A stretch of DNA of 64,000 nt from Spirochaetaceae bacterium (GTDB taxonomy: Bacteria > Spirochaetota > Spirochaetia > B11-G9): the NCBI GenBank assembly GCA_015493635.1, contig WGCU01000053.1, positions 813-64,812 on the forward strand, written 5' to 3'. Each line of letters begins with the position of its first letter. Position 1 is the first letter of the stretch. Below are positions 1-8,190 of this stretch, piece by piece. The position numbers and the translations under genes are program-made. The notes under the pieces are model-generated. The model saw only the letters and a program-made list of their open reading frames with translations. It was not told the DNA's origin and made no database searches.

Positions 1-548
1 AAAAATCTATTTCTGTTCATGTACGACTGGTTATCCATAAATCCAATCCCTGTGGGAAAAGGAGGTTGATGAAGAAAAACCATCGTATCGTGGTTTGATG
101 CCAGTTCATCTTCAAGTGCATCGAGTTCACCATCTGTCAAACTTCCTGATGCTTTTCCGGGTTCCACAGAATCCAGGAGAATTATTTTCTTGCCATGTTC
201 CTGAAACGAGTGGAATATTCGGCTATCCTTATAATTTTTCAGGTATGAAAGTTCACTGAAAACCTCTGCCATATTTGCTTTATTATCGTGATTTCCCGGG
301 ATAATGTAGTAGGGGATGGTAATCCCTGACAGTAAATCTTTTGCAATCTCATAGGACGAGATACTTCCGTCGTCACTTACATCGCCGGTTATACAAAGAA
401 AATCTACGTTAAACGGCAGTTTGTTTATATGCCGTATAAAATTCTTTAAACTCTGCAAAGAATCAGATACTTCATATGCGTTTATACCGTTTCTACATAT
501 ATGAAAATCTGAGGCTTGAGGTATTGTCAGAAAATTTCTTCCCATCAT
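1..548 (-). CDS. Calcineurin-like metallophosphoesterase, CpdA/Icc/GpdQ type (3' end truncated by window edge)
   Basis: Manual translation from ATG at 548 (or 545): MMGRNFLTIPQASDFHIC...CITGDVSDDG...IIPGNHDNK...LLDSVEPGKASG...VFLHQPPF, i.e. DxH, GD, GNHD and H metal-ligand motifs. RBS AGAGGGA upstream. Open to position 1; absent from ORF track because no stop lies in the window. Confidence 0.88.
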   Translation of the reverse strand, partial: MMGRNFLTIPQASDFHICRNGINAYEVSDSLQSLKNFIRHINKLPFNVDFLCITGDVSDDGSISSYEIAKDLLSGITIPYYIIPGNHDNKANMAEVFSELSYLKNYKDSRIFHSFQEHGKKIILLDSVEPGKASGSLTDGELDALEDELASNHDTMVFLHQPPFPTGIGFMDNQSYMNRNRF

Positions 549-570
549 TTTCCCTCTAAAGCTGCTGTTT

Positions 571-1668
571 TTAAGCAAGAACTTCTTTCATTATTTTTAG
601 AAAATCTTTACAGTCTTGCGGATATATTTGACCCATATTTGCAATCTGAAACATATTCTGTTCCAGAAGCGGACCCTTTCCCAAGTAGAGCACATACCCC
701 CGTTCTTCCATGGTACTGATAAAAGTATCAATATTCTTATCTTCAGGTAAAAACACAGAGGTCACTGTGTTAGACATAGTATGCTCATCAGAGAGGAGCA
801 TTTTTAAATGAAGATCCCTGACCCCTTGCCGTATAATTTCCGCGTCTTTTTTATATCGGGCTATTACCTCTTCCTGACCCTCCTCAAAAAGTACATCCAG
901 GGCTTTATTCAATGTAATAAACATGACGACTGAAGGGGTGTTAGGTGTTTGATTATGTTTCTCTGCTTCTCTTACATGATGTTGTAAATTCAAATAGACA
1001 TTTCTGGGAGGTACCGTATTTTCTATTTTTTTGTAGGCATTTTTGTTAATGCAGATAAAAGAAACACCGGGCTGCCCGGCAACTGCCTTATTCGGAACTC
1101 CGGTGCAGAAATCTATGTGGTCTCTGACAACATTAACCTCTTCGCCTCCTATGGCGCTTATTGCATCGACATGGTACATTTTGTTATATTTTACCGCTAG
1201 ATCTCCTACTTCATGAACAGGATTTACCATTCCCGTACTTGTTTCCTGAAATACCATTGAAATGAGACTGATATCCTGATCATTTTTTAAGGCTGTCTCT
1301 ATTCTTCCTAGATCAGGAGACGTTCCCCATTCAAATTCAAGCAGATTTAAACCGAGGTGGTAACATTCAATGATATCTTTCAACCGGTTACCGAATACAC
1401 CGTTTGTTATAAGGAGTACCTTTTTCCCATCTCCAACAACCGACGATAATACTGTTTCATTTGAAGATGTTCCTGAGCCGCTTACAACAACGGTGGTATA
1501 TTCTTCTTCCGTTGCACGGAAGAGGCGTATGAGTTTTTTCCGAACCTCTCCATATACATGTTCAAACGAGGGCCTTCTGTGGCATAGATCCGGTGCTAAA
1601 GCAGCTTCTTTTACTCTTTTGTCCGTTAATACCGGGCCTGGCGCAAATAAAAATTTCCTTTCGAGCAT
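571..1668 (-). CDS. PLP-dependent class V aminotransferase, PhnW/AEP-transaminase-like (substrate uncertain)
   Basis: Motifs FAPGP, GSGTSSNE, NGVFGNR, ETSTG, DAISAIGG, PNK (PLP lysine); RBS GGAGG. C-terminal FQIANMG instead of FRIGxxG. Confidence 0.85.
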   Translation of the reverse strand: MLERKFLFAPGPVLTDKRVKEAALAPDLCHRRPSFEHVYGEVRKKLIRLFRATEEEYTTVVVSGSGTSSNETVLSSVVGDGKKVLLITNGVFGNRLKDIIECYHLGLNLLEFEWGTSPDLGRIETALKNDQDISLISMVFQETSTGMVNPVHEVGDLAVKYNKMYHVDAISAIGGEEVNVVRDHIDFCTGVPNKAVAGQPGVSFICINKNAYKKIENTVPPRNVYLNLQHHVREAEKHNQTPNTPSVVMFITLNKALDVLFEEGQEEVIARYKKDAEIIRQGVRDLHLKMLLSDEHTMSNTVTSVFLPEDKNIDTFISTMEERGYVLYLGKGPLLEQNMFQIANMGQIYPQDCKDFLKIMKEVLA

Positions 1669-1706
1669 TGTCTCTCCTCCGATTGGATATAGCTAAACTA
1701 GGTAAT

Positions 1707-1767
1707 ATGATATCTAGTTGTCAAGTTGTTATGATAACCTTATAACACAAATTAAATGACAAGTCAA
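1707..1767 (-). promoter_or_regulatory. sigma70-type promoter of the aminotransferase with overlapping operator
   Basis: Minus strand TTGACT (1767-1762), 17 bp, TATAAG (1744-1739); palindrome TGTTAT-N9-ATAACA at 1727-1747; ATGATATC at 1707-1714. Colinear with 6627-6687. Confidence 0.75.
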
Positions 1768-1804
1768 GAAATTCTTACATAAAGGTTCTCATGATATTTT
1801 AATG

Positions 1805-1836
1805 AAACTTCTGCAGTAAGCCAGCAGAAGTTTTTT
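1805..1836. terminator. Intrinsic terminator after dctM (potentially bidirectional)
   Basis: Inverted repeat AAACTTCTGC (1805-1814) / GCAGAAGTTT (1824-1833) with A/T tracts on both sides, about 80 bp after the dctM stop. Confidence 0.7.
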
Positions 1837-1916
1837 CTACGAAAAATAGAATAGGTCATAATCCCTGGATCTCATTCTCTCATTCTCCCTTGGGGTTATG
1901 ACCATTTTGAGATGTA

Positions 1917-3236
1917 TCAATTACCGAAATACTTGTAAGGTAGCCATGTAACAATATCCGGAAACAGAATCAAAATTGCAATTGTTCCTGCCATTATAAA
2001 TACAAAGGGAACTATTGATCGATATATATCTCCAATTGTAATTTCTTTGGGGGCCATAGCTTTCATAAGAAAAAGATTATACCCGAAAGGAGGAGTCAGA
2101 TAAGCTATCTGACATGTGATGGTATAAAGCACACCATACCAGATTGGATTAAATCCTAAACTTATTACCAACGGGATATACAGGGGAGCAACGATGATCA
2201 GCATAGCAGTATCATCAAGAAAAGTTCCTAAAAGAAGGAAAGAAACCTGCATGGAGACAATCGTTCCAATCGGCCCAAATCCATGGCTAAGGAAGAGCGT
2301 TTTGATAGCATGCACAGCTCCAAGACCATCAAAAATTGCAGCAAAAGCCATTGCTGACATAACAACCCACATAAACATGGCACTTACACTTAACGATTGG
2401 GTCATGACCTTGTTCATAACCTTCCAGTTTAACCGCTTTTTTATCGCGGCAGCAATAATGGTAGCAACGGCACCGGTAGCAGCACTCTCAACCAGGCTTG
2501 TTACTCCCATGAAAAATAGTCCTGACATCATCAAGATAATAAAGAGAGGGAGAATCCCGCCGCGCAGTGCATGAATTTTTTCTTTAAACGGTACGTCCCA
2601 TTCTTCTCTGGACAATGCCGGTCCTAATTTTGGTTGGATCTTACACCGGACAACAATATAGATAACAAATAATGTTGCCATTAAAAGACCCGGCATAACA
2701 CCGGCCAGCCAGAGTTGTCCTACCGGCTGTCTGGCAATCATGCCATAAAGCACCAGTACAACACTCGGAGGTATCAAAATACCCAAGGAACTACCAGCCT
2801 GAATGACTCCTGTTACCATTTTTTTGTCATATTTCTTTTTTAGCATTTCAGGAAGTGCAACACTGCTCCCGACGCTCATACCGGCAACGCTCAACCCATT
2901 AATAGCAGATATTATTGCCATAAGTATAATGGTCCCGATAGCTAAACCGCCTTTAAGGGAGCCCATCAAAATATGAATTAGTTTATACAGGTCTTCCGAT
3001 ATTTTTGACTCAGAAAAAAGATAACCGATGAATACAAAAATAGGCAGCGTAACAAGAGGATACCAGTTTATAAGGGTAAAAGCGGAATGAAACCCCATAT
3101 CTATACCACCGGGTCCCCAGAGAATGACTGCAAATATGGAAGCAACCCCTCCTATAACAGCATAAATATGCCGGCCTGACAGGAGTACAACAAACATGGT
3201 AAGAAACATCAATAATGCGATAAATGAATAACTCAC
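1917..3236 (-). CDS. dctM: TRAP transporter large permease
   Basis: About 12 hydrophobic helices; GSSLGILIPPS and LTPPFG motifs. Start placed at GTG 3236 (GGAGG upstream, GTGA overlap with dctQ stop) rather than 3263. Confidence 0.92.
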   Translation of the reverse strand: MSYSFIALLMFLTMFVVLLSGRHIYAVIGGVASIFAVILWGPGGIDMGFHSAFTLINWYPLVTLPIFVFIGYLFSESKISEDLYKLIHILMGSLKGGLAIGTIILMAIISAINGLSVAGMSVGSSVALPEMLKKKYDKKMVTGVIQAGSSLGILIPPSVVLVLYGMIARQPVGQLWLAGVMPGLLMATLFVIYIVVRCKIQPKLGPALSREEWDVPFKEKIHALRGGILPLFIILMMSGLFFMGVTSLVESAATGAVATIIAAAIKKRLNWKVMNKVMTQSLSVSAMFMWVVMSAMAFAAIFDGLGAVHAIKTLFLSHGFGPIGTIVSMQVSFLLLGTFLDDTAMLIIVAPLYIPLVISLGFNPIWYGVLYTITCQIAYLTPPFGYNLFLMKAMAPKEITIGDIYRSIVPFVFIMAGTIAILILFPDIVTWLPYKYFGN

Positions 3237-3781
3237 AGGTTTTCCTCCACATTTTTGATCCACGAAGTATCTTGACCGAGTGCTATGGTAATATCCTTTA
3301 TAAGTTCAGATATAACCTGCAATAACATTAATGAAATTCCTACTGTTGCAATTAACTTCATTGGTGCTATTGGTGGACCCCAAGCCGAATAATTTTTCTG
3401 CGCATATTTTATTGCAAATGAGGTACTGCTTATTCCCCCAAGTAAGAGTCCTGTTAGATACGCAAGACTGAACACAAATGTAATAACATCAACAATAGCT
3501 TTCTTTCTTCGTGACCATTTATCATAGAAAACATCCATTCTGACATGACCGCCGATGAGAAGAACAAAAGCACCTCCCAAGAGATAATAGGTACCGTTGA
3601 TAAATTCGGTCATTTCCAAAGCCCATTTGTCTGGATGATTAAAAATCGTTCTTGAAATGGCTTCATAAGTCAAAACACCTATCATCACCAGAATCAGATA
3701 TTTTATTACCTGACCTACTATTGTGCTTATTGAGTCTACAGAACGTACGTAAATTTTTAATGGCTTAATCATAAAATCCAT
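3233..3781 (-). CDS. dctQ: TRAP transporter small permease
   Basis: 4 TM segments, GHVRMDVFY motif, lies between dctP and dctM. Confidence 0.9.
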   Translation of the reverse strand: MDFMIKPLKIYVRSVDSISTIVGQVIKYLILVMIGVLTYEAISRTIFNHPDKWALEMTEFINGTYYLLGGAFVLLIGGHVRMDVFYDKWSRRKKAIVDVITFVFSLAYLTGLLLGGISSTSFAIKYAQKNYSAWGPPIAPMKLIATVGISLMLLQVISELIKDITIALGQDTSWIKNVEENL

Positions 3782-3810
3782 TTCTCTCCTTACTCAATTA
3801 GTATCAAACG

Positions 3811-3848
3811 CTGCCATATCTACTGTGTGAAACAGCAGAATATGGCAG
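3811..3848 (-). other. Intergenic stem-loop between dctP and dctQ (mRNA stabiliser or attenuator)
   Basis: CTGCCATAT (3811-3819) / ATATGGCAG (3840-3848) inverted repeat with internal pairing. Confidence 0.5.
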
Positions 3849-3904
3849 TGAAACAAGCCACCCTGAAATAAATCAAGGATTAGCAGAATAAAACTACTGA
3901 CTTA

Positions 3905-4999
3905 TTATTTACCGCACGTATAGGGAGGACCCGCTTTTGCTCTAACTGCTGCGTATTTCTTGAAAGCTGCAATTACTCTAGCAGAACGGGGACTCTTTTT
4001 GGAAAGTGTATCCCAGTACTTTTCAGCCTGTTTGTCAACGCCTGTCCACTCATTTGCCGGGATTGATGTAAGTTCCATTTTGTCACCACTCGTCCGGTAT
4101 TTAGCTTCACCCCACCAGTACCAGTTCAATCTATAATAATTTGATGCCTGAATTGTCATCATCAGCAGCCTCTGTAAATGATCAGGAAGAGCTTTCCATG
4201 ATTTTGTATTTACAAAGAATCCGCCGGACCATGCACCTGAAATAGGATTAGTCAATAAATATTTACATACATCAGCTACTCCGGTAGTGTAAAGTTCTGT
4301 GGCACCTGACCAGGATACTCCATCGAGCATCCCTGTCTGAAGCGCCATCTGTACATCTTCAACCGGCATTACTACAGGTACAACACCGTATGTTTCCTCA
4401 AGAAATTTGCCATTGAAAAGGGATGTAAAAAGTCTTAATCCTTTAAGATCTTTTACATGACGGATTGGTTTATTACTGGCAATAAGACAAGGATCCCAGC
4501 TGCCCTGAGCCAGCCAGGTTACACCTGGTATCTCATCATAAGCCTCTTTCCAGATCTCATTCAAACCATAACGATTCCACAAAACGTCAATATCAAGTCC
4601 TATTCTCCCTGCAGCTGGAAAATATGCGGAGAATATTGCAACATCAGCAGGTGAACCCATGGACTCATCATCACTGACAACCATATCTAAAGTTCCTTTT
4701 TGAAGAGCGTTAAACATTTCCCCTTGAGGGACCAGCTGATCAGCTCCGTATAATTCAATTTCCATTTCTCCATTGGCGATCTTGTTAAATTCTTTAACCT
4801 TGTTGCCAAAGATTTCATCGTTCATTGATGGGCCGGCATACGTTTGCAGCCTCCACTTAATCATTTTCTTTTTTGGTGCAGCCTGCGCAGTTCCTCCTGT
4901 TTCTGCCTTTTGGCCGCAACTAATGAACACTATGGAAGCCATTACTACCAATGCAGTAAGTCCCAAAACCAAGGGTCGCTTAAAAAGATTTTTTTTCAC
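3905..4999 (-). CDS. dctP: TRAP substrate-binding lipoprotein (DctP/TakP family, non-carboxylate type)
   Basis: GTG start with AGGAGG; signal peptide with lipobox FISC; WRLQTYAG, DLKGLRLFT, LQTGMLDG motifs. Confidence 0.9.
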   Translation of the reverse strand: MKKNLFKRPLVLGLTALVVMASIVFISCGQKAETGGTAQAAPKKKMIKWRLQTYAGPSMNDEIFGNKVKEFNKIANGEMEIELYGADQLVPQGEMFNALQKGTLDMVVSDDESMGSPADVAIFSAYFPAAGRIGLDIDVLWNRYGLNEIWKEAYDEIPGVTWLAQGSWDPCLIASNKPIRHVKDLKGLRLFTSLFNGKFLEETYGVVPVVMPVEDVQMALQTGMLDGVSWSGATELYTTGVADVCKYLLTNPISGAWSGGFFVNTKSWKALPDHLQRLLMMTIQASNYYRLNWYWWGEAKYRTSGDKMELTSIPANEWTGVDKQAEKYWDTLSKKSPRSARVIAAFKKYAAVRAKAGPPYTCGK

Positions 5000-5046
5000 T
5001 TTTACCTCCTGTGTAAAATCTGATAATATTTTTACGAACTTAATAT

Positions 5047-6540
5047 TTAAGTCCGATATTCCAAAATTCCAATCACTTTAAATAATTTTTCCCAGATACG
5101 AAAACGTTCATCAAGGAAAGGATCAAACGGCTCTTGAAAAACAATTGAATCCAAATTAAAGGCTAAAATATCATCATAGCTTTTCAGAAGCCCCATTTCC
5201 AAAGACGCAAGAAAAAAACAACCTAATGAAGTAAGATCCTCATTCTTAGATTTAATAATTTTAATACCAGTTAGTTGGGCAATGGTCTTAAGAATATAAC
5301 GGGACTTGCTGACTCTGCCGTCAACAGAAAGATTTCTTATTTCAATACCTGTTTCTTTCTCTATAAGTTTAATGTTTTGTACTATTCTAAAAGCAATTGC
5401 CTCCAGAACAGAACGAACCAAATCACTTTTGGTAGTTTGTAAACTCATGCCGAGAAATGCAGCAAAAGGCTCACTCTTCCAGTAGGGAGCTGAAACGCCG
5501 GAAAGAGCAGGAATAAAGAAGGGTTGTGTAACAGGCTTGATATTTTCAATAGTATCAATATCAGAATATTCTTCTAACAGGTCGTTTTTTTTAAGCCATT
5601 CTATTGCTGAGCCTACTGAATATATTTGACCCTCATATATATATGATTTTTGATCAAACATTTGAGGAAAAAGAGATTTTATAATTATACTGCTTTTATT
5701 TTTGGAATCTTTTCCACTGTTTACTTGTAAAAATCCACCGGTACCCAAGGTTAATTTGGCTTCACCTTTTCTGAAACATCGATGCCCAACAAGCGCTGCC
5801 TGTTGATCTACGACAGAAACCAGAATGGGAGCCTTGACCCCGAAACACATTTCAGGATCAGTTGTACCATAATTATTCATGGCCGGGGAAATAGCCGGCA
5901 TACTCTTACTATTAAGGTGAAAAAAATTAAGTATCTTATTATCCCATTGCAATGTTTCAATATCCAGCAGCATCGTCCGTGAAGCAGTTGTAAAATCAGA
6001 TTTTAATTCTTTTTTGCTGATTAATTTGTTAATTAACCATACTTCTGATGTTGCCATTACAAGATTGTTATTATCCATCTCTTTTTTTACATTACTGACG
6101 TTTTGAACTAACCATTCCATTTTGGCAGCTGAAAAATATGAACTTGCAAACAATCCTGTTCTATTCTTGACGTAATCATTTAAATCGGTATCTTCGATTA
6201 ATTGTTGAATCCGATCTTCTCCTCTTCCGTCCTGCCAGCTGATTGCATTATATAAAGGAGACAAATCATTTTTTCTGAACGGAATAATCGTTTCTCCCTG
6301 GTTATCAATAGCTACAGCACATACTGTTTCAGGATGAATTTTTGACTTTTTAATAACATCTTCAATACCTTTTCGAATGCTTCCTAATACTTCTTCAGGA
6401 TTCTGCTCTATAAAATTTTCAGAACTTTCAACAAAACGGATAATATTTGTAGATTCTGCTATTTTACTGCCGGAAGTATCATACAAAATAACCTTTGTAG
6501 AGCTTGTGCCTTGATCAATAGTAAGTATATATTTTTTCAC
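5047..6540 (-). CDS. FGGY-family carbohydrate kinase, glycerol-kinase-like but divergent
   Basis: DQGTSSTK, NQGET, WQDGR, YFSAAK, ASRTML, DQQAAL, GTGGF, APYW motifs; GTG start with GGAG. Confidence 0.85.
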   Translation of the reverse strand: MKKYILTIDQGTSSTKVILYDTSGSKIAESTNIIRFVESSENFIEQNPEEVLGSIRKGIEDVIKKSKIHPETVCAVAIDNQGETIIPFRKNDLSPLYNAISWQDGRGEDRIQQLIEDTDLNDYVKNRTGLFASSYFSAAKMEWLVQNVSNVKKEMDNNNLVMATSEVWLINKLISKKELKSDFTTASRTMLLDIETLQWDNKILNFFHLNSKSMPAISPAMNNYGTTDPEMCFGVKAPILVSVVDQQAALVGHRCFRKGEAKLTLGTGGFLQVNSGKDSKNKSSIIIKSLFPQMFDQKSYIYEGQIYSVGSAIEWLKKNDLLEEYSDIDTIENIKPVTQPFFIPALSGVSAPYWKSEPFAAFLGMSLQTTKSDLVRSVLEAIAFRIVQNIKLIEKETGIEIRNLSVDGRVSKSRYILKTIAQLTGIKIIKSKNEDLTSLGCFFLASLEMGLLKSYDDILAFNLDSIVFQEPFDPFLDERFRIWEKLFKVIGILEYRT

Positions 6541-6618
6541 AATAACTCCATAATTACTCTCTTAAGCATACTCTCATTCCTTTTCTATATATTTTTAAAA
6601 ATAAGGCAGTTAGTCCAA

Positions 6619-6687
6619 ATAACAACATGATATCAAATTATACGGTTGTTATGATATGATAATAACATGAATATATGACCATGTCAA
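6619..6687 (-). promoter_or_regulatory. sigma70-type promoter of the kinase-TRAP operon with overlapping operator
   Basis: Minus strand TTGACA (6687-6682), 17 bp, TATTAT (6664-6659); palindrome TGTTAT-N9-ATAACA at 6647-6667; ATGATATC at 6627-6634; extra half-site ATAACAAC at 6619-6626. Confidence 0.75.
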
Positions 6688-6816
6688 TTATTTTTTTTAA
6701 CTTTTTGCTACCCCTGCTGGGGTAATAAAAATCCGCCTATAAGTGGGGAGTTTAAGGTTGTTAACGGATATCTAATAGTGTGGTATCTGAGAAAAAGAAA
6801 TTTATACACGTACAGA

Positions 6817-8190
6817 TTAAATGGAGCCGCTCAGTTTCAATACCATGGATCGGAAGGTATCCCCACGGTCAAACTCGTTTAAAAACATACCGAATGAAGT
6901 TGCGCCGGGAGAAAAAATAACAGAGTCGCCCCGTCTGCTGTCGTTATAAGCTGCTGAGACAGCATCCTGAAGATGTACGAAGGGTCCCTGGAAAGAGATG
7001 TGCTCAGCCTTAAGAAGAGGTATCATTCTGTCTGTTGCTGTGCCTTTCAGAAGATAAATGGATTCCGGTATTCGTGCGGCTTCGGCAAATCCGGTAAAAT
7101 CAAGATTCTTGTCTGTCCCCCCGCAAATAAGAAGAACATGCTCCTGAATGCTTTCGACGGCAGCTGCCGCAGCCTGAGGAATCGTTGAAGCGCTGTCATT
7201 GTACCAGGTAACCCCGTTTATAACCGTTACTTTTTCCATACGGTGCGGAATACCACTAAAAGCGGAAAGTTCTTGTGCAATAAAATTGTTATCCAGCCCC
7301 TGAAAATTAAGAACGGAGGCAGCGTAGAGAAGGTTCAGTTTGTTGTGTTTCCCCTTGATATTTGTTTCTTCAGGAAGAACCTTTTTTACCTTTCCGTTTT
7401 CCTGAATAAAACCGGATTCTTCTGTCAGAAACGCACCGTCAATAGAAGGGGGCAGGGGGTCCTTTGAAACAAAAAAAGATTTTGCAGTTGATTCAGAGGC
7501 AAAAATTCTTCCTGTTGGTTCATCGAAATTGCAGATAAGATGACTAGTACTGTTCATATCCTGATATATTAGTTTTTTGTCGTCAATATATTCCTGCATA
7601 CTTGAATATCTGTTCTGGTGATCATGCATTATATTTGTTATAACTGCTGTTTTGGGATACAGCAGATGCTTATCCTTGAGATCCGCCAGCTGCCAGGAGG
7701 AAAGTTCAAGAATAACAGGATCTTCCCTCTCTACGGTACATTTATCTGCAAAAGTAAGGGGAGAGACGGTAATATTTCCTCCAAGTTTTGTTTCGGGAAA
7801 ATGTTTTTTCAATACATGGTATATGGCTGAAACGGTTGTTGATTTCCCCTTGCTTCCGGTAACAGCTATTAAAGGCCGTTTGTTCAGAGAAAGGAAAATT
7901 GATATATCTGTCTCTACCTGTTTTGCTGCTCTCAGGAAGGGGGATGAAGGGAGTACTGCCGGGTTTTTAATAACGATGTCCGCTGTTTCAAAATCTGAAA
8001 GTTTATGTTCTCCCAGAGTATAAGATATCGGGTACTTTTCAAGTTTTTGCATGGATGGGGCAAGGACTTCTTCAGATCTCAGATCTGTCACTGTGACACG
8101 GGAACCGTGTTCTGCGAAAAAAAGAGCGGAGGCGAGCCCTCCTCCGTGAAGGCCAAGTCCCATAACGGTTACTTTTATATTAAAATTCAA
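6817..8190 (-). CDS. murD: UDP-N-acetylmuramoyl-L-alanine--D-glutamate ligase
   Basis: GLGLHGG, TGSKGKSTT P-loop, ELSSWQL, HQNRY, NDSASTIP, SPGATSF...F..RG motifs; exact start uncertain (TTG). Confidence 0.92.
   Translation of the reverse strand: MNFNIKVTVMGLGLHGGGLASALFFAEHGSRVTVTDLRSEEVLAPSMQKLEKYPISYTLGEHKLSDFETADIVIKNPAVLPSSPFLRAAKQVETDISIFLSLNKRPLIAVTGSKGKSTTVSAIYHVLKKHFPETKLGGNITVSPLTFADKCTVEREDPVILELSSWQLADLKDKHLLYPKTAVITNIMHDHQNRYSSMQEYIDDKKLIYQDMNSTSHLICNFDEPTGRIFASESTAKSFFVSKDPLPPSIDGAFLTEESGFIQENGKVKKVLPEETNIKGKHNKLNLLYAASVLNFQGLDNNFIAQELSAFSGIPHRMEKVTVINGVTWYNDSASTIPQAAAAAVESIQEHVLLICGGTDKNLDFTGFAEAARIPESIYLLKGTATDRMIPLLKAEHISFQGPFVHLQDAVSAAYNDSRRGDSVIFSPGATSFGMFLNEFDRGDTFRSMVLKLSGSI

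Noticed and set aside
571-1668. Canonical phosphonate (AEP) degradation via phnW
   Set aside because: No phnX, phnA/phnY or pepM in the window and the conserved substrate-binding Arg is Gln, so the phnW symbol was withheld.
1861-1900. Short CTCATTCT tandem and flanking sequence after dctM as a possible sRNA
   Set aside because: Only two 8-bp copies, with no promoter or convincing structure; likely chance.
5047-6540. Calling the kinase glpK
   Set aside because: No glpF/glpD context and altered NQRET/GDQQ motifs; kept as an FGGY paralogue.
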